Shown here: piece by piece, positions 16,755 to 25,365 of the stretch
Numbering within the stretch: position 1 is the stretch's first letter
Layout of the letters: the number at the start of each line of letters is the position of its first letter
DNA from: Dehalococcoidia bacterium
GTDB lineage: Bacteria > Chloroflexota > Dehalococcoidia > GIF9 > UBA5629
Assembly (NCBI GenBank): GCA_050011565.1
Contig: JBEKIW010000001.1
Coordinates: forward strand, 32,001-96,000
Reading direction: 5' to 3'
Length of the DNA: 64,000 bases
Notes under the pieces: model-generated
Database searches by the model: none
What the model was told of the DNA's origin: nothing
Seen by the model: only the letters and a program-made list of their open reading frames with translations
Position numbers and translations under genes: made by a program

Positions 16755-18038
16755 GTGAATAAGAAAAATGCTTTGCCTCCATTCGAGGCAATGGAGAAAA
16801 TGTCACGTAGGGAGAGGCAAAAAGTTTTAGATGAACAGCTGAAGTGGCTAGTTGCTTATGCTTATGAAAAAGCTCCGGCAACCAAAGAACGGTTTGATAA
16901 GGCAGGTATCGTGCCGTCTAAAGTATCCGGTATTAAGGACTTAGAAAATTTGCCTTTGCTGAGAAAAGATACGTTGGTGGATTTATATAAAACCAATCCT
17001 CCTCTTGGCGGATTGGTAACTGTGCCTATCACTGAGTTGGAAAGGGTTTATGTTTCCCCCGGGCCGATTTATGACCCACATCATTCAAGTGAGGCTTTCT
17101 GGCAGAGGCATGTCTACGTGGGTAAATCTGTGGGATTTCACCATGGAGATATCGTAGTCAACAGCTGGATGTATAATCTTGTTCCTGCCGGCCTGATGAT
17201 CGACGAGACATTAAGGCGGGGTGGGGTCACGGTTATTCCTATGGGTGTGGGAAATACTGAGCTCCAAGTGCAGGTGATGCATCAACTTAAAGTTACCGGT
17301 TTTATTGGTACTACAAGCTTCTTTATGAATGTTATCAACAAGGCTGAGGAAATGGGTTTTGATATACGCAAGGATTTTAATCTCAGGTTAGCTGTCATAG
17401 GTGGTGAGATGGGTGGTGGCCCAATCAGAAAGATGGTTGAAGAAAAGTATGGTATTGCCACAGGGGATATGTATGCCACAGCCGATGTTGGCCTATTAGC
17501 CTTTGAGTGCAGTGCTAAGAATGGCATGCATATTGCTGAGGGTGTAATACTGGAGATGATTAGTTATGAGACTGGAAAACAGATTGAGCCAGGTGAAGTA
17601 GGTGAAATAGTGGTGACTCCGATAGATGAAACCTATCCATTGATACGCTTCGGCACTGGAGACCTTGCCGGTTTGATTGATGAACCTTGCCCTTGTGGTC
17701 GGACTTCTTTGCGGATAACGCGGCTTTTGGGAAGGGTCGGTGATGCAGTCAGAACCAGAGGCATGTTCATTCATCCACGGCAGCTTGAACCGGCGATGGC
17801 GAAGTTCTTACAGGTCGCGCAATACCAGGCAGCGGTAACCAGACCCGGCCATCGGGACGAACTGACGCTCAAAGTTGAGCTTAAGACGGAAGAGGGAATC
17901 GACAAGGAGAAGCTGGCAAACGATTTAAACAAGATGGTGAGCGAGGCATTAAGAATTAAAGTTGACCGCGTCGAATTTGTAACCAGGGGCGTGATTCCAG
18001 AATGGCACAAGCTGATAGTTGACGAGCGAGTGTATTAA
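16755..18038 (+). CDS. Phenylacetate-CoA ligase (PaaK-like) family protein, copy 3
   Basis: SPGPIYDP, YATADVG, PLIRFGTGD, CPCGRT; more diverged. Confidence 0.88.
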   Translation: MNKKNALPPFEAMEKMSRRERQKVLDEQLKWLVAYAYEKAPATKERFDKAGIVPSKVSGIKDLENLPLLRKDTLVDLYKTNPPLGGLVTVPITELERVYVSPGPIYDPHHSSEAFWQRHVYVGKSVGFHHGDIVVNSWMYNLVPAGLMIDETLRRGGVTVIPMGVGNTELQVQVMHQLKVTGFIGTTSFFMNVINKAEEMGFDIRKDFNLRLAVIGGEMGGGPIRKMVEEKYGIATGDMYATADVGLLAFECSAKNGMHIAEGVILEMISYETGKQIEPGEVGEIVVTPIDETYPLIRFGTGDLAGLIDEPCPCGRTSLRITRLLGRVGDAVRTRGMFIHPRQLEPAMAKFLQVAQYQAAVTRPGHRDELTLKVELKTEEGIDKEKLANDLNKMVSEALRIKVDRVEFVTRGVIPEWHKLIVDERVY

Positions 18039-18190
18039 ACTTACTCTACTCTTAGCCATTTATACGGCGAAAAAACCTTGTAGTTTTGTCTCTGGGTTTT
18101 GACCTAGAACAACAAATATAAAATACCTTCCCGCCGTATTCGTCTTTCTTAACAACGAATTATGGTAAAATAAGACACTATTTTATCTAT

Positions 18191-19162
18191 TTGGTGACAA
18201 AGAAAATGTTGGCACCCTTAGCGAGTGAGGAAAATAAGTCAAATTTTAACTCCATTTCTTGTGGTAAGCTGACCTGGATTTACATTGAGAAGCCAACCGA
18301 GAAAGATGTGGAGTATTTGGGACAGAACTTCAACTTTAACCTTCTTAATCTCGACGATATCTTAAGCCGCGTGCAACGTCCCAAAATCGACGAGTATCCG
18401 GACCACCTTTTCATTGTGCTTCACTTTCCCGTTTACAACAAGGAGAACAGAGTCACTACACCCAGCGAGGTAGATATATTTATAGGCGAAAGTTACATAG
18501 TCACAATTCATAAATCCGGTGATTTGAAACCGCTGGCTAAATTTTTTAACGAATGCCATGTTGACGAGGGAATATGTAACGCTTATATGAGCCGCAGCTC
18601 GGGCTTTCTCCTGTATCATATACTGGATAGACTGGTCAATTACTGCTTTCCGATTCTTAATAAGGCGGTAGATAACGTAGAAAAGTTGGAAGACCTCATT
18701 TTTTCCAGGCCAGTGCCGGAGACCGTCCATGAAATCATGTTGATGCGACGAGACCTAATCTCGTTCCGGCGTGTTATCCGGCCCCAAGTGAATGTTGTAG
18801 AGACATTGGAGAAAGAAGAATATCCGTTCTTGAAAGAGGACCAGGATGTTTACTTTGGCGATGTTGCTGACCACATACGTAAGATTTGGGATGGCCTGGA
18901 GGACGGCAAAGAGATGGTAGACGTATTGGCAGACACGAGCAACTGGCTGACCTCGCACAATATACAGGAAGTAATGCGGGTATGGACCATTGTCATGGCG
19001 CTTTTGACGGTACCTGGTCTCATTGCTAGTATTTGGAGCATGAATGTTCGATTACCCGGCACAGGAGTAAATAGTTATTGGCCTTGGATTTTGATAGTCG
19101 TTCTGATGATAGTCAGTACCGCTATCACGTACTTTTTCTTCCGCCGTAGGCGTTGGATTTAA
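18191..19162 (+). CDS. corA: CorA-family Mg2+/Co2+ transporter
   Basis: QRPKIDEY, YFGDVADH, two C-terminal TM helices, WSMN variant of the GMN motif. Confidence 0.88.
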   Translation: MVTKKMLAPLASEENKSNFNSISCGKLTWIYIEKPTEKDVEYLGQNFNFNLLNLDDILSRVQRPKIDEYPDHLFIVLHFPVYNKENRVTTPSEVDIFIGESYIVTIHKSGDLKPLAKFFNECHVDEGICNAYMSRSSGFLLYHILDRLVNYCFPILNKAVDNVEKLEDLIFSRPVPETVHEIMLMRRDLISFRRVIRPQVNVVETLEKEEYPFLKEDQDVYFGDVADHIRKIWDGLEDGKEMVDVLADTSNWLTSHNIQEVMRVWTIVMALLTVPGLIASIWSMNVRLPGTGVNSYWPWILIVVLMIVSTAITYFFFRRRRWI

Positions 19163-19190
19163 GTTTGTCCGATGCAAGGGGGCTTTTTCT

Positions 19191-19859
19191 ATGACAGTCT
19201 CTCATAGATTTGTAGTGATAGCGGCTCTTTTTGTCACCTGTCTTATCACGGCTAACATTATAATTGCTAAGCAGATAAGTGTTGGTGGCATAATTCTACC
19301 CGCGGCGATTGTAATTTTCCCCATAAGCTATATCATCGGTGATGTTCTTACCGAGGTTTACGGTTACCGGCAGGCACGACGTGTAATCTGGCTTGGCTTT
19401 ATATGTAATTTAATAGCGGTAGCGGCTATCTGGATAGCCAAGATACTTCCTCCAGCACCGGTTTTCGAGGCGCAAAATGCTTATGAGCGTATTCTGGGTA
19501 GCACCCCTCGCTTCTTATTAGCTTCTTTTGTCGCTTATCTGGCGGGTGAATTTACCAATTCGGTGGTCTTGGCTAAAATGAAGATAATGACCAAGGGTCG
19601 ATGGCTGTGGACGAGGACTATTGGCTCCACTTTGTTAGGACAGGGCGTCGATACTATAGTTGTCCTGACTATTGCCTTCGTAGGCGTGCTGCCGTTTTCG
19701 GTACTGGGCATCATGATGTTTTTCCACTGGCTGATAAAATGCGTCTACGAAGCTGTAGCTACTCCATTGACCTATGTTGTCGTCGGTTATTTAAAGCGAA
19801 AAGAAGGTATTGATGTCTATGATTATGGCGTGGATTTTAATCCTCTGAGGGTCATTTAA
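19191..19859 (+). CDS. Queuosine precursor transporter (YhhQ/VUT family)
   Basis: ANIIIAK, GDVLTEVYG, RTIGSTLLGQGVDT motifs. Confidence 0.88.
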   Translation: MTVSHRFVVIAALFVTCLITANIIIAKQISVGGIILPAAIVIFPISYIIGDVLTEVYGYRQARRVIWLGFICNLIAVAAIWIAKILPPAPVFEAQNAYERILGSTPRFLLASFVAYLAGEFTNSVVLAKMKIMTKGRWLWTRTIGSTLLGQGVDTIVVLTIAFVGVLPFSVLGIMMFFHWLIKCVYEAVATPLTYVVVGYLKRKEGIDVYDYGVDFNPLRVI

Positions 19860-19880
19860 GGGCTGTGACCGGGATAGGCT

Positions 19881-20357
19881 GTGGAAATTAAGTTCATCGT
19901 CGATAATAATGTTGGCAAACTGGCGAAGTGGTTGAGGATAATGGGATACGACGCCTTGCTTTTTTCTGGAGAGGATGATGGTAGAATGGTGAAGGTTGCA
20001 TTGGCGCAAAACAGGGTGATTTTGACCAAGGATACAGAGGTAATAAAGCGGCGGCTGATAACCAGTGGCAAACTCAAGGCGATTCTCATTAAGGATGATG
20101 ATATCGGGGCTCAACTGCATCAAGTTGTTGAAGCTTTGAACCTGGACTATCATTTCAGTCCGTTTTCTATCTGTGTCGAGTGTAACCAACGCCTGATAGA
20201 GAAGGACAAAGACGCAGTGCGAGACTTAGTCCCTCCATATGTTTTTGAAATCCAGAGATTGTATATGGAATGTCCGTCCTGTCATCGTATATACTGGCGT
20301 GGCACACATTGGCAGGCGATGAGCCGGGAATTAGATAAACTGGCGGGGAAGCAGTGA
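19881..20357 (+). CDS. Mut7-C RNase domain protein (DUF82)
   Basis: KFIVDNNVGKLAKWLRIMGYD, RVILTKD, CVECN...CPSCHRIYWRGTHW. Confidence 0.9.
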   Translation: MEIKFIVDNNVGKLAKWLRIMGYDALLFSGEDDGRMVKVALAQNRVILTKDTEVIKRRLITSGKLKAILIKDDDIGAQLHQVVEALNLDYHFSPFSICVECNQRLIEKDKDAVRDLVPPYVFEIQRLYMECPSCHRIYWRGTHWQAMSRELDKLAGKQ

Positions 20358-20382
20358 CTTTAATGGAAGGCGGCTCCAAGCT

Positions 20383-21951
20383 ATGAAGGTTGTTACTGCG
20401 GAGCAGATGCGGGAGATTGACCGCAGGGCTGCCGGCGTCGGTTTGACCACCGAGATATTGATGGAGAATGCCGGTCGGGCTGTAGCCGAGGAGATTAAAA
20501 AACTTGTCGGTAGTGTTGTCGGCAAGCACGTTTTGGTAATAGTTGGCCCTGGTAATAATGGAGGTGACGGGTTAGTAGCCGGCCGCCATCTTGCAGATTC
20601 GGGCGCTGAGGTCAATATTTACCTGTGCGCTCAGCGTCCGGAGGGTGATAAAAACCTGGCGTTGGTTCAACAGCGAGGTATAACAACTGTTCAGGCTGAC
20701 CAGGACAGGGATTTTGCCAGGTTTGAGAACTCCTTAGGTTCCTCTGACGTGGTAGTCGACGCCATCTTCGGCACGGGCAGAAGTCGAGCGCTCGACGGCG
20801 TATTTAAAGAAGTGCTTTCTAGAGTGACAGCAGCCAAAAAGAAAGCCCCCAAGCTTTTGGCAATCGCTGTTGACATGCCTTCCGGACTTGATGCTGATAC
20901 GGGAGCCGTTGACCCAAGTTGTCCCCATGTTAATGCCACCATTGCTCTTGGTTATCCCAAGCCGGGCTTATTTAACTTTCCCGGTGCGGAAAGGGCCGGC
21001 AGGGTTATCATCGCTGATATTGGTCTTCCATCAAATATGGGAGAGAATATACACACCGAGCTGATAACTGAAGATTGGGTTAAATCAGTATTGCCTGTGC
21101 GTCCTGCCGGTGCCAATAAGGGGAGCTTTGGTAAAGTGCTGGTCGTAGCCGGCTCAATCAATTACATTGGAGCTGCTTATCTAGCCTGTATGGGTGCAGC
21201 CAGGGTCGGGGCCGGTCTGGTGACGTTATCTACTGCTTCCAGCCTGCAGCCGATTCTAGCGGCAAAAATGGACGAGGTGACGTACGTTCCTCTGCCGGAA
21301 TCTGCAGCCGGCATAATTTCCCCAAAGGCGGCATCCGTTCTGAAACGATGGTTGCCCGGTTATGAAGTTTTGCTCATGGGCTGCGGACTGGGGCAAAAGG
21401 CTGCTGTTGCTGAGTTCGTAAAGGCCGTTCTGTTTAATTTGAAAAAGGATTCCTCTCCAGTCCTTGTGCTTGATGCTGATGCTTTGAATACTTTGGCACA
21501 GACACCAGATTGGTGGCAGAAGCTAAGTCAGGATGCTATACTTACGCCACATCCGGGCGAGATGGCACGACTGGCTGGAGTTTCGGTGGAGGAGGTGCAG
21601 CGCCAGCGTCTGGATATAGCCCGGAAAAGCGCTGTCGAGTGGCGAAAGGTGGTCGTGCTTAAGGGGGCATATAGTGTCGTGGCGGCATCTGACGGTCGGG
21701 CTAGAATCAGTCAGGTAGCTAACCCGGGGTTGGCTTCAGCGGGCACTGGCGATGTGCTTAGCGGCGTGATTGCTGGATTGGTAGCTCAAGGGCTATCTCT
21801 TTTCGATGCCGCAGCTTGCGGCGTCTATCTTCATGCCCAGGCCGGAGAAATGGTAAGGCGAGAGCTGGGTGAGGTAGGGATGTTGGCTGGTGACCTTTTG
21901 CCGGCTTTACCTAAGGTGATAATGAGGCTGAAACAGGAAGAGGCATCTTAA
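20383..21951 (+). CDS. nnr: Bifunctional NAD(P)H-hydrate epimerase/dehydratase (NnrE-NnrD)
   Basis: LMENAG, GPGNNGGDG, DAIFGTG, LTPHPGEM, ASAGTGDVLSG. Confidence 0.95.
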   Translation: MKVVTAEQMREIDRRAAGVGLTTEILMENAGRAVAEEIKKLVGSVVGKHVLVIVGPGNNGGDGLVAGRHLADSGAEVNIYLCAQRPEGDKNLALVQQRGITTVQADQDRDFARFENSLGSSDVVVDAIFGTGRSRALDGVFKEVLSRVTAAKKKAPKLLAIAVDMPSGLDADTGAVDPSCPHVNATIALGYPKPGLFNFPGAERAGRVIIADIGLPSNMGENIHTELITEDWVKSVLPVRPAGANKGSFGKVLVVAGSINYIGAAYLACMGAARVGAGLVTLSTASSLQPILAAKMDEVTYVPLPESAAGIISPKAASVLKRWLPGYEVLLMGCGLGQKAAVAEFVKAVLFNLKKDSSPVLVLDADALNTLAQTPDWWQKLSQDAILTPHPGEMARLAGVSVEEVQRQRLDIARKSAVEWRKVVVLKGAYSVVAASDGRARISQVANPGLASAGTGDVLSGVIAGLVAQGLSLFDAAACGVYLHAQAGEMVRRELGEVGMLAGDLLPALPKVIMRLKQEEAS

Positions 21952-21965
21952 GGTTTGGTGAACGT

Positions 21966-22739
21966 ATGTTATTAGCTGTCGATATCGGTAATACTAATAT
22001 AACTATCGGCGTCTTCGACGGCAGTAAAATGAAATCAACATGGAGAGTGGCTACCGGTGTACATCGTATGCCTGATGAATATGCCAGCTTAATACTCCAT
22101 CTTTTCGAGCACGAAGGTATTGCTGCCTCTAAAATCACAGATACGATATTATGCAGTGTTGTTCCACCACTGACCGGTGTTTTCGAGGAAATGTGCCGAC
22201 ACTATCTAAAGGTTTCTCCTATACTGGTGGAGGCCGGTGTTAAGACAGGAGTGCGAATCTCAATGGATAACCCAAAGGAAGTTGGTGCCGACCGTATAGT
22301 GAATGCGGTAGCCGCTCATCAGCTATACGGCGGCGCAGTGATTGTCATTGACCTGGGCACTGCCACCACTTTTGATGCCGTCTCTAAGGAAGGAGATTAT
22401 CTTGGTGGGGCTATTGCACCGGGAATTGCTATAGCCACGGAGGCTTTGTTTGCTCGAACTGCTGTACTGCCCCGGGTGGAATTGACCCATCCCAAGAGGG
22501 CTATTGGTAGGAATACCGTAGCGGCTATGCAATCCGGCATTGTCTTCGGTTATGCCGGGCTGATAGAAGGTATAGTGGCCAGGATTAAAGAGGAACTGGG
22601 AGGTAAGGCAAAGGTGGTAGCCACAGGGGGCTATGCTGAGCTTCTGGCCCGGGAAACACCGGCAATCGATGAGGTAAATCCTGACTTAACGCTTATAGGT
22701 TTACGACTGATTTATGAAATGAATAAGGCTAAGGAATAG
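21966..22739 (+). CDS. coaX: Type III pantothenate kinase
   Basis: LAVDIGNTN, EVGADR, DLGTATT, GGAIAPG. Confidence 0.96.
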   Translation: MLLAVDIGNTNITIGVFDGSKMKSTWRVATGVHRMPDEYASLILHLFEHEGIAASKITDTILCSVVPPLTGVFEEMCRHYLKVSPILVEAGVKTGVRISMDNPKEVGADRIVNAVAAHQLYGGAVIVIDLGTATTFDAVSKEGDYLGGAIAPGIAIATEALFARTAVLPRVELTHPKRAIGRNTVAAMQSGIVFGYAGLIEGIVARIKEELGGKAKVVATGGYAELLARETPAIDEVNPDLTLIGLRLIYEMNKAKE

Positions 22740-22742
22740 GAT

Positions 22743-23948
22743 ATGGGGCTAAAAGGTAAAACCGTAGTCTTGGGAGTAACCGGCAGTATCGCTGCTTATA
22801 AGGCTGTTGAGTTAGCCAGCCAGTTGACGCAAGCTGGGGCTCAGGTTGAGGTCATTATGACGGAGGCTGCCACCGAGTTTATTATGCCGCTGACCTTCCG
22901 TAATATTACGGGCAGGCCCGTGGTTACCAAGATGTTCGAGTTAGCTTCCGAATATAGTGTGGAGCATGTAGCCTTGGCCGAGGCAGCCGATATAGTAGTG
23001 ATAGCTCCGGCTACAGCCGACATCATTGCCAGAATAGCGGCTGGTATGGCAGATGATATGGTCAGTTGTACGGTACTGGCGACAAAGGCACCCGTAATCG
23101 TAGCTCCAGCAATGCATGCGGCTATGTACCAGAACCAGGTAACTCAGGATAATCTGGCTAAGCTAAAGGCTCGGGGCTTTATCACCGTCGGACCTGATTA
23201 CGGCCGGCTTGCCTCACGCGGAATAGGCCTGGGGCGGCTTGTTGATGTAAACGAGATTTTAGGCACCATTTGCCAGGTTTTGGGTAGAAGCAGCGATTTA
23301 GCTGGACGGCGCGTTGTGGTCACCGCTGGCGGTACTCAGGAGCCCGTGGACCCCGTTCGGTGTTTGACTAATCGTTCTTCAGGCAAAATGGGATATGCGC
23401 TGGCTGAAGCCGCCAGAGACCGCGGAGCCAAGGTAGTCCTCGTAAGTGCTCCCACTGCTCTTCTCAAGCCAGTCGGTATAGATATGGTGAATGTTGGTAC
23501 CGCTCAAGAAATGCATGAAGCGGTAAAGAAAGCTGTGGCTAAAGCTGATGTACTAGTAATGGCAGCGGCGGTTGCCGATTACCGGGCTAAGCGGGTATCC
23601 AAGACCAAGATTAAGCGGGAGCGAGCCTCTAGTTTGACACTGGAACTGGAAAGCACACCCGATATCCTGGGAGAAGTGAAAGGTAAATTCCTCCGGGTCG
23701 GCTTTGCCGCCGAAAGTGAAAATCTGGTGGCTAATGCCAAAGGAAAGCTTGATAAGAAGCGGCTCGACCTAATCGTCGGCAACGATATCACCGCCGAAGG
23801 TAGCGGCATCGGCGCTGATACCAACCAGGTGGTGATAATCGACCGCAAGGGTAAGGTCGAGAAATTGCCACTTTTGCCAAAGAGGGAAGTGGCGGACAGG
23901 ATTTTGGATAGGGTAGCAGGGCTTTGGGCTAAGAGAAGCGGGAAATAG
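22743..23948 (+). CDS. coaBC: Phosphopantothenoylcysteine decarboxylase/ligase
   Basis: GVTGSIAAYK, APATAD, TAGGTQEPVDPVR, NRSSGKMG, GFAAE. Confidence 0.96.
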   Translation: MGLKGKTVVLGVTGSIAAYKAVELASQLTQAGAQVEVIMTEAATEFIMPLTFRNITGRPVVTKMFELASEYSVEHVALAEAADIVVIAPATADIIARIAAGMADDMVSCTVLATKAPVIVAPAMHAAMYQNQVTQDNLAKLKARGFITVGPDYGRLASRGIGLGRLVDVNEILGTICQVLGRSSDLAGRRVVVTAGGTQEPVDPVRCLTNRSSGKMGYALAEAARDRGAKVVLVSAPTALLKPVGIDMVNVGTAQEMHEAVKKAVAKADVLVMAAAVADYRAKRVSKTKIKRERASSLTLELESTPDILGEVKGKFLRVGFAAESENLVANAKGKLDKKRLDLIVGNDITAEGSGIGADTNQVVIIDRKGKVEKLPLLPKREVADRILDRVAGLWAKRSGK

Positions 23949-23951
23949 AAG

Positions 23952-24923
23952 ATGTTGCTAATAGACGACGTAAAGTACGAGCTGTGGATACCGCCAAGCG
24001 AAGATGCTCTCGAGCAAATGATTAAGGAGCACGCGCAGGACATCTTTGGCGAAGAAGCTGAATTTTTTAATAAACAAAGGCTGGAATCAGAGTTAGGAAA
24101 AGGCTCGGTACCTGATGGGTTTGTCGTTATCTTTGGCCCGTCTTCGCGCTGGTACATTGTTGAGGTCGAGCTATCAGTTCATGATGTGCATAAGCACATA
24201 GTTGAACAACACAGCAGATTTATCATGGGCATAAGGAGTTCCGAAACTAAAAATAAGATCGTTAAGGCAATATACAACGAGATAGACAAAGATGCTTCTC
24301 GCAAACAGAAATTAAAGAAAGCCATCGAACCCGATGAAATTTATAGGTTTCTTCATGAAGTCATCTCCAAACCACCAGTGTTGACGATCATCGTTGAAAA
24401 GCCTATACAAGGATTGGATGAAACCTTGAAAGCCCTTTCCCGCGATACTATTTCTGATATCAAGGTGGTAGAGTTTCAAACTTTTGTTCAAAAAAATGTT
24501 GGTTTAGGTGCTCATGTGCATCTGTTTGAACCATTGTATCCTGTTGTTACTCCGAAACCTACGATTGTCTTGGAGCAGACTAAAAGCAGCCCAGCCACTA
24601 CTAAAATCGCAGTGCAAGGCTCACTGGAAATTATCGTAAAACCTGCGTGCATAAGATTTCACCTATTTTTTATCCCTAAGCATAGTAGGCGATTTTTCCC
24701 TGGCTACAGAGTTCCTTTTAAGCTAGAGACAGACGTAATGGAAATTGAAACATATGTCACCTCAGCTCGGGCAGGCACCCAAGTTGGCGATCCAGATGCA
24801 GGGGCTTACATTCAGGCAAACTTGGCAGAGTGGTACAGACGACATCCGGAGATAAAGGTTGGAGATAGGGTTATCTTGGAACTTATTGAACCAATGAAGC
24901 GGTATCGCCTTAAGAAGGCATGA
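23952..24923 (+). CDS. Hypothetical two-domain protein with PD-(D/E)xK-like nuclease N-terminus
   Basis: E...PDG...VEVEL...Q arrangement; Pro/Thr linker; separate beta-rich C-terminal domain. Confidence 0.6.
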   Translation: MLLIDDVKYELWIPPSEDALEQMIKEHAQDIFGEEAEFFNKQRLESELGKGSVPDGFVVIFGPSSRWYIVEVELSVHDVHKHIVEQHSRFIMGIRSSETKNKIVKAIYNEIDKDASRKQKLKKAIEPDEIYRFLHEVISKPPVLTIIVEKPIQGLDETLKALSRDTISDIKVVEFQTFVQKNVGLGAHVHLFEPLYPVVTPKPTIVLEQTKSSPATTKIAVQGSLEIIVKPACIRFHLFFIPKHSRRFFPGYRVPFKLETDVMEIETYVTSARAGTQVGDPDAGAYIQANLAEWYRRHPEIKVGDRVILELIEPMKRYRLKKA

Positions 24924-24932
24924 GGAGAAGAA

Positions 24933-25154
24933 ATGTCACGAGAGTTCACTGGAGTTATTGAAAAAAGGGGAGATTGGTATGTTGGCTATGTAGAGGAGCT
25001 TCCAGGGGTCAATACCCAGGGAAGGACACTGAAGGAAGTAAGAGAGAACCTGAAGGAAGCTACGCAATTGATTATTGAAGCTAACAGGGAACTCATGGCT
25101 AAGAGGCAAGCGGATGTGCCTGTTATCAGGGAGAAAATCGTCATAGAGATGTGA
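24933..25154 (+). CDS. hicB: HicB-family antitoxin (short form)
   Basis: ELPGVNTQGRTLKEVRENLKEA motif. Confidence 0.9.
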   Translation: MSREFTGVIEKRGDWYVGYVEELPGVNTQGRTLKEVRENLKEATQLIIEANRELMAKRQADVPVIREKIVIEM

Positions 25155-25163
25155 ACTTTCTGA

Positions 25164-25352
25164 ATGAAGCGAAGGGATTTGTTGAGGCATCTCTATAATC
25201 AGGGATGCCAATTATTTAGAGAAGGCAAGAAGCATAGCGTATTTTATAACCCGAATAGCAATAAGACTTCCACTGTGCCACGGCATCGAGAAATCAATGA
25301 TTTTACGGTAAGGAAGATCTGTAGAGATTTAGAGATTCCAGAGCCAAATTAA
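25164..25352 (+). CDS. hicA: HicA-family toxin
   Basis: MKRRDLLRHL...REGKKH...TVPRHREI...KICRDL. Confidence 0.9.
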   Translation: MKRRDLLRHLYNQGCQLFREGKKHSVFYNPNSNKTSTVPRHREINDFTVRKICRDLEIPEPN

Positions 25353-25365
25353 GGAAGCGTAACGT

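Noticed and set aside
19191-19859. Link between the queuosine precursor transporter and the GUC-anticodon tRNA
   Set aside because: The transporter is outside the transposon in a housekeeping run; proximity looks coincidental. No preQ1 riboswitch is visible in the 28-nt gap.
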